Source: Myxococcota bacterium (GTDB lineage: Bacteria > Myxococcota_A > Polyangia > Polyangiales > Houyiibacteriaceae). From it: a stretch of DNA of 64,000 nt. The notes beneath the pieces are model-generated. The model was given only the letters and a program-made list of their open reading frames with translations. It made no database searches and was not told where the DNA came from. The stretch spans positions 2,433-66,432 of the forward strand of contig JBCDAA010000001.1 in the NCBI GenBank assembly GCA_039186435.1, given 5' to 3'. The translations under genes were made by a program, and so were the position numbers. Shown piece by piece: positions 27,925-37,490 of this stretch (position 1 is the stretch's first letter; every line of letters starts with the position of its first letter).

Positions 27925-29439
27925 ATGAAGACCGCGTTCGCAAGTTGGCTGGTCGTTCTGACGGCGTTTTCCAGCGTCGTCAGCGCCCAGGATTCTGCCG
28001 TCATTCGTCGGCTCGTTCAAAACGCGCAGATGCCGGAGAACGCTGCTCGAACACTGCTTCGTTCGATCAACGGGGTTCTCCGGGAAGACGCGCAGCGGGG
28101 TGGGGACCGTTTCGATTCGGATCTCCGCCGCGAGGTTCACGCCGCGCTCTACGGAAACGGGCCGCCCCCGCGAGCGGAGTATTACGACCGCGTTCGCACA
28201 GTGCTGGAGGCACTCGGGTCGGGGCTCGACGAGGCGACGCTAACCGGCCTCTTTAAGGCGGGCCGAAACGCGTCCGTGATGTGCGCGCATCGCTACGGCG
28301 TCACCATGGGGGAGTGCGACGCACTTCTCGCGGCGGCAACCAACACGCCCTCGGCCTTGCCGTACCTTGCGCCCGACGATGGCCGCGAGCTGGAAGGCAC
28401 GCTTCGACGTGCGCGGGTGAATCGTCGGGTCGCCCGAGAGGTGACGCGCAAGCTGCGTACGACGATGCTCGGCGTGCCGCGGAACCTCACGCGCGACAAC
28501 CGCGGTCGAGGACTTCTTCGGCTCCTCGAGGCGTGCCCGGGCGGCGTTTCGGATCGCGAGTCCCAGGTTCGCGGATGGCACGTCGGACCCACGCCCGGTT
28601 TGGCGCAGTGCATTGCGGCGGCAACGGGCCGCTTGGGAGGCCCGCAGGCCGCGAGCCAGCTATTCGAGATGAGCCCGCGCGCTGCGGAAGCGTTCGTGCA
28701 GTGGGGCGGAGGATCCGCCGCGCCTCCTCCTCCTCCGGTGGTGAACAACCCGCCTCCCCCGCGCAACCCGCGCACCAACCCGCGCTCCCCTCGCGTCAAC
28801 CAGATGTCCGCCGCGGAGGCGCTCCGGCAGCAGGCGCGCGCGCAGTTCCGGTTGCAGAACTACTCGGCTGCGGCGTCGGCGTATCAGTCGGCTGCGCAAA
28901 TGGAGCCCGGTCACGGCGGAACGTGGGCCGGTCTCGGTGCGGCCAAGCTCGCGATGCGTGATTTCGCGGGTGCGATCGCCGCGTACCAGCAGGCGGTCGC
29001 GGCCGACGAGAGCAACGCGGCGTACTTCGTCGCGCTCGGTCGCGCGTTCGCGCAAAACAACCAGCGGGACGCCGCCGTTGCCGCTCTTCAGCAAGCGATG
29101 CGCCTCGACCAGGCGAATCAGGCGGCTCGCGATGGTCTCCGCGCGCTCGGTGGGGAGCCGCCGCCGCCGCCGCTTCCGGAAACGCCGCCGCGCGACGCGA
29201 TTCTCTCGACGATGGCGCCGCTGCGCGGTGCGATTCAGGGGTGCTCACCGAGCTTCAACGGTCGCGTGACCTTTTCGATCAAGGTGAGCGGCAACACCGG
29301 TGAGGTCATCGAAGTATCGTCGGAGGGTGCGGATGAAAACGACGCCGCGTGCATGGAGAGCGTCGTCCAGAGCGCACGCTTTCCTCGCTTCACCCGCGAC
29401 GAGCTTTCGATCGCCTATCCGTTCCAGCTCGGAACCTGA
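27925..29439 (+). CDS. Secreted TPR protein with a Pro-rich linker and a TonB-C / AgmX-PglI-like C-terminal domain
   Basis: Signal peptide MKTAFASWLVVLTAFSSVVSAQ. PPPPPVVNNPPPPRNP linker. Three TPR units (YQSAAQMEPGHGGTWAGLG..., YQQAVAADESNAAYFVALG...). C-terminal GRVTFSIKVSGNTGEVIEV...ACMESVVQSARFPRF. Confidence 0.65.
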   Translation: MKTAFASWLVVLTAFSSVVSAQDSAVIRRLVQNAQMPENAARTLLRSINGVLREDAQRGGDRFDSDLRREVHAALYGNGPPPRAEYYDRVRTVLEALGSGLDEATLTGLFKAGRNASVMCAHRYGVTMGECDALLAAATNTPSALPYLAPDDGRELEGTLRRARVNRRVAREVTRKLRTTMLGVPRNLTRDNRGRGLLRLLEACPGGVSDRESQVRGWHVGPTPGLAQCIAAATGRLGGPQAASQLFEMSPRAAEAFVQWGGGSAAPPPPPVVNNPPPPRNPRTNPRSPRVNQMSAAEALRQQARAQFRLQNYSAAASAYQSAAQMEPGHGGTWAGLGAAKLAMRDFAGAIAAYQQAVAADESNAAYFVALGRAFAQNNQRDAAVAALQQAMRLDQANQAARDGLRALGGEPPPPPLPETPPRDAILSTMAPLRGAIQGCSPSFNGRVTFSIKVSGNTGEVIEVSSEGADENDAACMESVVQSARFPRFTRDELSIAYPFQLGT

Positions 29440-29461
29440 CCAGGCTTGAACCGACCTGCGG

Positions 29462-31288
29462 TCACTCGCAGGGAGCGCCGGACGCATCCCGAAGGTCCTC
29501 GGCTGTGGCCGCAATTTCTGCAGGATCGGTAAGCGGGCTGGAGCACGCGCTCGTCGTGCACACGTGAACGATCGGTCCTTCCTGACGTGGGTAGCGACCG
29601 TTGGGTTCGAAGTGCACGATCTTGCGCGGCTCCCAAAGCGCGATCGCCGCGTCCAGAAAAGGAGTGGCCGCGGGATCGTCCGGCTCGGCGACGATGGAGA
29701 TCTCGACCGGACCGAGTGTTGCCCATTCGTAGCTGAGCGCGAGCTCTCCAAGGACCTCGATGCCGCGTTGTTCGATGCCCTCGCGGGGCGTGATCGCGCG
29801 GAGCGTTCGAAGGCCTGCATCCCGGTAGGATTCCTCTTGGGTAAGGGAGCCGAGCTGGAGGAGCAGGCGCGCCATCGTCGCGTTTTCGGTGACCGGGACG
29901 GTTCGCGGGATGAGCGAGTCGGTCTCGGAGGTGGTGGATGCATGAAAGCCGCCGCCGTCTGCCGCGAGTGCTTCGAGGGTTGCGTCCGTGATCTGCCTCG
30001 CTGCATCGGAAAAGCGTGAGTCTCCAGTGACCTGATAGAGGTCGAGGAGGGCCGTTCCCATCGCGGCTTGCGTCACCAGGTACGCGCGCTCGAGATGTTC
30101 CGGGGCCCGCATGCGGTCGTCCCCATCGGCAACTGAAGGAGCGCTCTGCCGAATCCAGCCGGCGGGCTGCATGCGGGTTTCGAGAAGGGACGTCGCCGCG
30201 CGAACCGCAACGTCACGCCACTGGCGGTCTTGCGTGGCGGCGTAGAGCGTCGCGTATGCGCTGATCGTTCGGCCGTTGAGGTCGGTGTACACGCTGCGAT
30301 CGATGGGCGGGATGCCGTGCGCGCGTCGTTCTTCGTCACCGAGCTGGTAGTACTCCTGCGCGCTCATCGAGGAGGGCAGGTTCGGCGCATCGTCTTCCTG
30401 GGTCGCGTAGAACATTCCGTCTCCCGCCATCATCCAGGTGCTGAAATAGCGATGAACGTTTTCTGCGTGCTGAAGCCAAAGGCGGTCGCCGGTGAGATGG
30501 TACGCGTGCGCGAACGCGGTCAGCGCGGAGGCGTTGTGCTTGGTTCGCTTTTCGACGATGCGACGCGTTTCAGTTCCGGCGACGAAAACACCGCCCCACA
30601 CCGGATCCATCAGCGACGCGTACGCTTCCGCCGTCCGAATTGCGTGGTCGCGTCGCGCGCTTTCCTCTCGGGCATGCGCGCGAAAGAAGCCGTGACGAAC
30701 CGGTGCACTCTCCACAAAGGTCATGCGCGCGTTCCAACCGGAGGGGTTGTTCCGTCGACTGTCGAGCGCTTCGAGCGTCGTGCGGCATCCGAGCGCTTCC
30801 CATCCGTCGTCCGGAAGCGGCTGCGTTTCGATCGGCTGACTCGCTTCGGCGAGAAGCTGCCCGCTCTGGTGTCGTTCGATGAGGGCGTCGAGGATCGGGA
30901 TGAAGTTCCGCGGGCGCTTGTTCCCGCGAATGGCGTGAACCTGCGTGCCATCGGGAGCGAGAACGATCAGTGCGGGCCAACCCCAGCGCGCGTAGCGCTC
31001 ACCGAGATCGGGACGGGCGTTCGCGTCGACGGTGATGGTGACGAAGTGCTCGTGAAGCCGCTCTCGAACATCCGGGTGCGTGTAGGTGTCCTCGTACATC
31101 CAGCGACAAGCGGTGCAGCCCTCGATGCCGACGTCGACGAGGATCATTCGGTTGGACGATCGCGCTTCGGCGAACGCTTGGCTCTCCCAGGTTCGCCAGG
31201 TGAGCGTCGGAGCGTCTGCAGTCGGGGTGTCGGAAGGCATGCTCGAGGCGCCGCAGGCACAAACGAGGAGAAGCGCGAGGGTCCGCAT
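29462..31288 (-). CDS. Thioredoxin-domain (DUF255/YyaL-like) protein with an (alpha/alpha)6 N-acylglucosamine-epimerase-like domain; lipoprotein
   Basis: MRTLALLLVCACG, then W..FAEARSSNRMILVDVGIEGCTACRWM (DUF255 thioredoxin fold), followed by a long helical barrel region. Start trimmed to ATG 31288. Confidence 0.8.
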   Translation of the reverse strand: MRTLALLLVCACGASSMPSDTPTADAPTLTWRTWESQAFAEARSSNRMILVDVGIEGCTACRWMYEDTYTHPDVRERLHEHFVTITVDANARPDLGERYARWGWPALIVLAPDGTQVHAIRGNKRPRNFIPILDALIERHQSGQLLAEASQPIETQPLPDDGWEALGCRTTLEALDSRRNNPSGWNARMTFVESAPVRHGFFRAHAREESARRDHAIRTAEAYASLMDPVWGGVFVAGTETRRIVEKRTKHNASALTAFAHAYHLTGDRLWLQHAENVHRYFSTWMMAGDGMFYATQEDDAPNLPSSMSAQEYYQLGDEERRAHGIPPIDRSVYTDLNGRTISAYATLYAATQDRQWRDVAVRAATSLLETRMQPAGWIRQSAPSVADGDDRMRAPEHLERAYLVTQAAMGTALLDLYQVTGDSRFSDAARQITDATLEALAADGGGFHASTTSETDSLIPRTVPVTENATMARLLLQLGSLTQEESYRDAGLRTLRAITPREGIEQRGIEVLGELALSYEWATLGPVEISIVAEPDDPAATPFLDAAIALWEPRKIVHFEPNGRYPRQEGPIVHVCTTSACSSPLTDPAEIAATAEDLRDASGAPCE

Positions 31289-31366
31289 GGCGCAATTGTA
31301 GTGCTTTCGGTCCCTCGGGTTACCCACATCGCGGAGCCGCGGGTTGCCGTGTAGGCTTGGTGCACG

Positions 31367-33202
31367 GTGATGCGGCAGTTCGTTTCTCTCGGAGTCTTTC
31401 CCGTTCTCGTCGGGGTGTTGCCATTCCTGCACGGTTGCGGTGCACCGGCGCAGGGGCAGGACGTGGCTTGGTACGACCCTGCACCGCTCCTCGCGAACCT
31501 GCGTGCGGACGACCGCCGCAACGTCAGCAGCTACACGCCTCACGGGCCGAATGCGGTCCCCTACTACGACCTCGACCTTTCGCTCGCGCACAACCAAACC
31601 CGCTTCGAGATGGACGAAGAGGTGTGGTTTACGAACACCACGGGGGGCGAGCTCGAAGACTTGGTGCTTCGGGTGTTCGCGAACTCGGTCGGGGACTCGC
31701 CAAGGATTCGCGTGTCGGACGTTCGCTGTGTTGCGGCGACATGCACGTCCGAAATCGATGCGCGCCACGGCGCGATCACCGTTCGTCCTGAGACCGCGAT
31801 TCCGGAAGGCGGTCGGCTTCGGGTGCGGCTGCGTTTGAACGGCGCCCTGACGCATATCGATCCCCAGCGAACCGGGATGATGGCGCAGGCCATGGAGAGC
31901 CAGGCGCAGCTCTCGTCCGGCAACCTCCATGGCGACTACGGACTTCTCGCGGAGAGCAACGGCGTAGCGTCGCTCGGGAACTTCTACGCCATGGTTGCCG
32001 CGCGCCGGGGCGGCCGTTGGGTGAAGCGCGACGAGAGCACGATGGGCGATCTCGGAAGCGGCGACATCAGCCACTTTCGCGCGCGTATTCGTTGTGCCCC
32101 GGGCTCGCGAGTGGCCGTGAGTGGTCACGTTCTTCGTGAGGAGACGGTGCTGGGGCAGCCGACGCAGCACGAGGTGCGTGCGGTCGCGGGGATGGTTCGC
32201 AACTTTGCGATCGTCGTGAGCGACCGGCTCGAGTTTGTGCAGCGCGAGGTGAACGGCGTGACCGTTCGAAGCTGGTTTGAACCGGCGGATCGTTCAGAGG
32301 GCGCGACGGTGCTCGCGTCGGCGGCCGAGGCCCTACGGATTTTTGAGCGACGTTTTGGCCCCTATCCGTACACCGACTTGGACGTCGTGGAGGCGCCTCT
32401 TGTCGGCGGCGCGGGCGGCGTGGAGTTCAGCGGGCTCGTAACCATCGCGAAGATGTTTTACCCGTCGGGGGACGGGGCGGGACTCGGGATCATCGGTGCG
32501 CTGATGAATCGGCAAGGTTCCGGTCCGGGGATGCGCGAGTCGATGCTCGAGTTCGTGGTGGCGCACGAGGTTGCCCATCAGTGGTGGCACGGTGTGGTTG
32601 GAAGCGACGCGCGGCTTCATCCCTTCGTGGACGAATCGCTCGCGCAGTTCAGTTCGGTTCGCTACATGCGGGATCGCCATGGGGCCGAGCGTGCGGAGCT
32701 GGAGTCGCGCCGGCAGGTGGCGTCGAACTACCACATGATGCGGAATCAAGGGCTGGAGGATGGTGCGGTCGATCGCCCCGTCGCGTCCTTTCAGCATCCG
32801 ATGGCGTACGCCGGGCTCGTGTACGGGAAGGGCGCGTTCGCGTATCGCGAGACGGAGCGCGTGGTCGGCGAGGCGGCGTTCTATCGCGCGCTTCGACGCT
32901 ACGTGCGGGAGAATCGTTTTGGCGTGGCGGAGCCGCGGTCCCTCTTTTCGCTTTTGGCGCGCGGTCGCCATCGGCGCGCGGTTCGGCGGATCGAGCGGCG
33001 GTGGCTCGATGGGACGCACGGCGACGAGGATCTTGGTGCAGCCGACATGGGCCGCATGATGGCGGATTGGTTCGGCGGCGGTGGTGAAGGCGGCGCGGGC
33101 GGCATGCTCGACCAGGTGATGCAGCTCCTCGGCGGGACCGGGAACGCGCCACCGAATCTCGATGCGGACGCGCTCCAGGACGCGCTTCGCAGTCTTCAGT
33201 AG
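31367..33202 (+). CDS. M1-family zinc metallopeptidase (aminopeptidase N-like), secreted/lipoprotein
   Basis: Signal FPVLVGVLPFLHGCG. HEXXH-E zinc site VAHEVAHQWWHGVVGSD...VDESLAQF. Degenerate GAMEN region (GGAGGVEFSG). Confidence 0.85.
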   Translation: MMRQFVSLGVFPVLVGVLPFLHGCGAPAQGQDVAWYDPAPLLANLRADDRRNVSSYTPHGPNAVPYYDLDLSLAHNQTRFEMDEEVWFTNTTGGELEDLVLRVFANSVGDSPRIRVSDVRCVAATCTSEIDARHGAITVRPETAIPEGGRLRVRLRLNGALTHIDPQRTGMMAQAMESQAQLSSGNLHGDYGLLAESNGVASLGNFYAMVAARRGGRWVKRDESTMGDLGSGDISHFRARIRCAPGSRVAVSGHVLREETVLGQPTQHEVRAVAGMVRNFAIVVSDRLEFVQREVNGVTVRSWFEPADRSEGATVLASAAEALRIFERRFGPYPYTDLDVVEAPLVGGAGGVEFSGLVTIAKMFYPSGDGAGLGIIGALMNRQGSGPGMRESMLEFVVAHEVAHQWWHGVVGSDARLHPFVDESLAQFSSVRYMRDRHGAERAELESRRQVASNYHMMRNQGLEDGAVDRPVASFQHPMAYAGLVYGKGAFAYRETERVVGEAAFYRALRRYVRENRFGVAEPRSLFSLLARGRHRRAVRRIERRWLDGTHGDEDLGAADMGRMMADWFGGGGEGGAGGMLDQVMQLLGGTGNAPPNLDADALQDALRSLQ

Positions 33203-33391
33203 ATGGGGCGTTTGTTGCTCAGCCTGCAGGTGATGACGTTGCTGGCGGGATGCGACCCCACCAGCCACTGCGCGCGCCACCGCGAGAGTGCCCAGTCTCG
33301 GAATGGTCTCGATGTGCGCTGTCAGCGCTGCTGCTGGGAGTACGGGCAGGATGGGCATTTCGATGCGGAAGGCGTTTGCCGGTGTCGCTGA
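33203..33391 (+). CDS. Possible small Cys-rich lipoprotein (62 aa)
   Basis: The ATG directly abuts the TAG of the peptidase gene. Lipobox MTLLAGC, then 7 further Cys including CQRCC and CRC. No homology recognised, so it may be spurious. Confidence 0.3.
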   Translation: MGRLLLSLQVMTLLAGCDPTSHCARHRESAQSRNGLDVRCQRCCWEYGQDGHFDAEGVCRCR

Positions 33392-33421
33392 GCTCCTCGC
33401 CTGCGATCGACGAAGAATTGC

Positions 33422-34075
33422 GTGGCTGACCTCCCGCCGCCGCGACGGGTGCGATGTGTCGTGCTGCCGGACGGCCGCTTACTCTGCGGATCGGAGTTTG
33501 AGCTGACGACGCTGATCGCGGAGGTGCAGAAACGACAGTCGCCGTTCGAGGTGGTGCTTTTGCTTGGGGCGATGCTGGTTGCGATCGCGATTTCGGATGG
33601 CTTCCTTGCGCTTGCCGCCATCGGTGGCGTTGCCGCGGTCATCGTTCTCCTGTGGTTTGCGGTCCGTTCGAGTCGGGCAACGGCGTCGCGGGAGCGTGCG
33701 CTCTGGTTTGGCGTGGACGGTGTTCTCTTTCCGGAGCGATTTGCTCGCCACGATCAGATCGCGTCCGCGACGGTGGACGATCGACGCGTCGTTTTTGAGA
33801 TTCGATCCTCTCGCGGAGTGCAGACGAAGACGCTGACGTTCGTGGACGCGGAGAAGGCGGAAGAGGTTTTCCGCACCTATCGCGCACGTCGGACGCACTT
33901 CGAAAGGCTCACCGCGACGGAGCCGGCGCTTGCGCGGGAGGGGTACCGACAAACTCGAGTGGAGGGAACGCGAACCGAAGTTGGCAGACTCCTGATGGGG
34001 GAGCTTTGGGCGGAGGACGCCGACGACGACGTGGTGGAAGCGATCCGGCAGCATCTCGCCGAGGGTCGCGAGTAG
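33422..34075 (+). CDS. Hypothetical membrane protein (two TM helices plus a cytoplasmic domain)
   Basis: 217 aa. Hydrophobic hairpin VVLLLGAMLVAIAISDGFLALAAIGGVAAVIVLLWFAV. Coding-like G/C third positions. Confidence 0.5.
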   Translation: MADLPPPRRVRCVVLPDGRLLCGSEFELTTLIAEVQKRQSPFEVVLLLGAMLVAIAISDGFLALAAIGGVAAVIVLLWFAVRSSRATASRERALWFGVDGVLFPERFARHDQIASATVDDRRVVFEIRSSRGVQTKTLTFVDAEKAEEVFRTYRARRTHFERLTATEPALAREGYRQTRVEGTRTEVGRLLMGELWAEDADDDVVEAIRQHLAEGRE

Positions 34076-34080
34076 GCCAA

Positions 34081-34210
34081 CCGTCCGAGGTGCGTCTCAG
34101 AACGGGTGGGTGGCCCAACCTCGGCCTTTGGTCGAATCGCGGAAAACCACGTGTCAAAACAGGTGGGTGGCCTCGACTTGGCCTGGACTCGGTCCGTCCG
34201 AGGTGCGAAC
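34081..34210. repeat. Composite intergenic repeat: two CCGTCCGAGGTGCG motif copies flanking a 57-bp-spaced imperfect direct repeat (core GGTGGGTGGCC)
   Basis: Motif at 34081-34094 and 34194-34207. Direct repeat cores at 34105-34115 and 34162-34172. It lies in the 351-bp spacer upstream of the sterol operon. Confidence 0.8.
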
Positions 34211-34426
34211 CCCGGTCGCGGGCGCCGAGGCGTAACAGAACGGAAACATTAGGATTCTTGTTCGATACCGCCGCGCCACCCCGGCTCGCACCGCCAGGGG
34301 AACGACTCGCCGGAGCCCAAGCCGGCTCGCCGGATAGTCTCCCGCGCTCGACACAGCCCCTGCTACCCACCTGCTGCGCAAAAGTGTGCGGTGTTGCCGC
34401 CGTCGCACTGTGCAGAAGGTGCACAC

Positions 34427-37400
34427 ATGAACCTTGCGAACAACTACGACGTGGTGGTGGTGGGTGCGGGACCGGCTGGAACCGGAGCCGCCGCAGGACA
34501 CGCGTGCCGCGGCGCCCGCGTTTTGCTGCTCGAGGCCAACCCCAAGGCGTCCCATCGCTTTGCCGGCGAGTGGATTCACCACACCGGCCGCGCCGTCCTC
34601 GAGCGAATGGGGCTCGCGCCCCAGGCTGCCACCGCCCACCACCCGCCGTGCCGGGGCTTCGCTGTCTTCCCCGACGACGGCTCCGAACCGATTCAGCTTC
34701 ACTACGCGGACGGCACCCTCGGGTTTTCCTCCGAGCACGGCGAGCTCGTAGAGGAGCTCCGGGCTCGTGCCGTCGCGATGGATGGCATCACCTACCTCGA
34801 GCGCGCCCGGGTCACGTCGGTCGGCGCGGACTCGGTCACCTTCAAGTACAAAGGCGGGCAGGAAACCGTTCGCGCGGGTCGCATCGTCGCCGCCGACGGC
34901 CGCTCCTCGGTCGTGCGCAGGTCTCTTCGCGCGGAAGATCAAAGCGACGTCCTCAGCCACATGGCGGGCGTAGAGCTTCACGGCACACTCCCCTTCGAGG
35001 GTTTCGGCCACGTATTGCTCGGCGGACCGGGCCCGGTTTTGCTCTACCGCATTGCCGAAAATCGTATCCGCGCATGCATCGACATTCCGGTGGGTGCCCC
35101 GGGCGCTCGCCGCGACGCGCGCTTTCTTTGGGACGCGTTCGCGCCCCGCTTTCCGGCGCAGCTTCGTGGCGCGCTTCGAGAGGCTCTCGAGTCCCGCCGC
35201 GTGTCCTGGGCCTGCAATCGCTTCATGCCGCGGACGTTTTACGGCGAGGGTCGCATCGCTCTCATCGGAGACGCGGTCGGCTTCTACCACCCGCTTACGG
35301 CAAGTGGGATCACGATCGGCCTCAAGGACGCCGAAGCGCTGGTTGCAAGCGATACGGTCGCCGAGTACGCGCGCACTCGTGAGCCCCAGAGCTACGTTCC
35401 CGAACTCCTCGCGAACGCTCTCAACCAGGTCTTCATGCGGGAAGACGAGAGCGCGGAAGCGATTCGGCGCGCCGTCTTTGAGATGTGGCGCGGTCACGCG
35501 GACGAACGCGAGCGGACGATGCGAATCCTCGCGGGCGACGAGGTTCGCGTGGACCAGTTTGGGGCAGCGTTCTTTCGTGTCGCGATCCGCGCGGTGCGCG
35601 ACGTCGCCAAGGACAACCCGCGCACGCTCCGCCGCTTTGTGGAGTGGAGTCAGTGGCCGGGCGCGACGCTTGTTCCCGACCGCATTCGTCGCCGGATTCG
35701 CCCGGCGAGCAGCACCAACCACCCGCTGAAGGGCCTCCGTTTTGCGCCGACGCCTTTCTCCTTTGCGGAGGCGGAAGCGCCGAAGCTGACGGTAACGGTG
35801 GACGTCGACCGGATGCTCTCGCGGATCGACGACGAAGACATTCGCGCCCTTCCGGCGGTGGAGGCCCGCGCCGAGGCGCTTCGCTACGCGGTTGCAGAGC
35901 GAAACGTCGACGCGATCATGGAAGCGACGGAGCGCCTGCTCTCGGTTTGCATCGACACGACCTCGGGCGCTCGGGCCGCGGCTAGCGCGCTTCGGGATCT
36001 CAAGGACGCGTTTCCGGGGCTGCTCGCGGTCGAGGTTCGCCGAACGGAGTTGGCGATCCAAACGTTTCTTCGCGGACTCCAGGCCGAACGCGGGGCGTTC
36101 GGAACCCTCCGCGAAACGGCCGAAGCAATGGAAGCGCTGGTCGCCACCGGCGTTCCGGTATTTCACGCATCCGTCCGGCGGGCGTTTCGCTCCCTCGGCG
36201 CCGCGCAGCGTCCTGACGGAAGCTGGGACGGCGATGCTGCGACGACGGCCGTGGTCGCGCGCGCGCTCCTCGCAACGCGCTGCCCTCTTTTCGAAGCAGC
36301 CGAGCACGGGCTTTCGTTCCTGAACGATGCGGTGGTGCTCGACGCGACTGCAGGTGAAGCGCTTCGTCTCTACCGTGACCTGCGCACGATGCGGGTGACG
36401 CCCGTCAAGGCGCGCGGCGACGCGACCAAGGCGTCGAACGAAGACCACGCCTACTGCAAGGAGAGCCTCCTCGCGGTCTCGCGCAGCTTTGCCCGACCGA
36501 TCGAAATGCTGCCTGGCGATCTTCGCACGGCCGTTACGTGCGGCTATCTCCTCTGCCGCATCGCCGACACGGTGGAAGACAACGCGTTCTTCTCGACGGA
36601 AGAGCGCGACGAGCGCTACGCGACCTTCCTTCGGGCGCTCGGCGGCGACGAGAACGCCATCGCAACCTTCGAGCGTCAGTTCGTGGGCATTCGCGGCAAC
36701 GAGATCGAAAACGATCTCTGCCGTCACCTCTCGGTCGTGCTTCGCGTCTTCCGCACGCTCCCCGCGGGCATGCAGACGAAGACGGTCCGCTGGGTCGCTG
36801 AGATGACCCGCGGCATGCAGATCTACAGTCACCGCGACGCGGGCGACGACGGCATCGTGGCCGTGCACACGGTCGAAGATCTCGAGCGTTACTGCTTCTA
36901 CGTCGCCGGCACCGTTGGCCACATGCTCACCGATCTCTTCGTCGAGTCCTTCGGCGAGGTTGGCACCTCGGTCGAGCACGGCCTTCGCGAGCAGGCGGAA
37001 GCCTTCGGCATCGGCCTTCAGCTCGTGAACATCCTCAAGGACGTCACCGACGACAAGGAGCGCATGGTCTCCTACGTGCCGCGCGTGTCCTGCGCGAAGC
37101 AGGGTCTGAGCCTCGACGAGCTCCTCGAGCCGCAGCGTCGCGACACGGCGCACGCGGTGGTCGCGCCGCTCTTCGACGCCGCACAGGGTCGCCTCGATCG
37201 CGCCCTCGAGTACGTGCTGCAGATCCCGAAGGAGCATCAGCCGGTGCGCCTCTTCTGTCTGCTTCCCCTTTGGATGGCGGTTCGCACGCTCGTTCACGCG
37301 CGCGGCAACGACGCGATGTTCACGACGGGCGCCGCGGTGAAGATCAGCCGCGCCGAGGTCGAGCAGCTCATCGGCGACTGCCTCGCGAGCGCCGGCAACG

Positions 37401-37480
37401 ACGACCAGCTTCGGGCTCACTACGACGCGCTCTGGCGCGCGCCCGCCCTCACGACCTCCAGCAGCCTGCAGCTGAATTAG
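34427..37480 (+). CDS. Fusion protein: N-terminal FAD-dependent squalene monooxygenase (epoxidase), ~270-aa helical linker, C-terminal squalene synthase (SQS/PSY family)
   Basis: N-terminus: VVVGAGPAG, VAADGRSSVVR, GDAVGFYHPLTASGITIG (SE-type GDAxNxRHPLTGGG). C-terminus: AVSRSFARPI, YLLCRIADTVED (DTxED), YCFYVAGTVGHMLTDLF, GIGLQLVNILKDVTDD. Single uninterrupted frame; start set to ATG 34427. Confidence 0.88.
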   Translation: MNLANNYDVVVVGAGPAGTGAAAGHACRGARVLLLEANPKASHRFAGEWIHHTGRAVLERMGLAPQAATAHHPPCRGFAVFPDDGSEPIQLHYADGTLGFSSEHGELVEELRARAVAMDGITYLERARVTSVGADSVTFKYKGGQETVRAGRIVAADGRSSVVRRSLRAEDQSDVLSHMAGVELHGTLPFEGFGHVLLGGPGPVLLYRIAENRIRACIDIPVGAPGARRDARFLWDAFAPRFPAQLRGALREALESRRVSWACNRFMPRTFYGEGRIALIGDAVGFYHPLTASGITIGLKDAEALVASDTVAEYARTREPQSYVPELLANALNQVFMREDESAEAIRRAVFEMWRGHADERERTMRILAGDEVRVDQFGAAFFRVAIRAVRDVAKDNPRTLRRFVEWSQWPGATLVPDRIRRRIRPASSTNHPLKGLRFAPTPFSFAEAEAPKLTVTVDVDRMLSRIDDEDIRALPAVEARAEALRYAVAERNVDAIMEATERLLSVCIDTTSGARAAASALRDLKDAFPGLLAVEVRRTELAIQTFLRGLQAERGAFGTLRETAEAMEALVATGVPVFHASVRRAFRSLGAAQRPDGSWDGDAATTAVVARALLATRCPLFEAAEHGLSFLNDAVVLDATAGEALRLYRDLRTMRVTPVKARGDATKASNEDHAYCKESLLAVSRSFARPIEMLPGDLRTAVTCGYLLCRIADTVEDNAFFSTEERDERYATFLRALGGDENAIATFERQFVGIRGNEIENDLCRHLSVVLRVFRTLPAGMQTKTVRWVAEMTRGMQIYSHRDAGDDGIVAVHTVEDLERYCFYVAGTVGHMLTDLFVESFGEVGTSVEHGLREQAEAFGIGLQLVNILKDVTDDKERMVSYVPRVSCAKQGLSLDELLEPQRRDTAHAVVAPLFDAAQGRLDRALEYVLQIPKEHQPVRLFCLLPLWMAVRTLVHARGNDAMFTTGAAVKISRAEVEQLIGDCLASAGNDDQLRAHYDALWRAPALTTSSSLQLN

Positions 37481-37490
37481 GACAACGACG

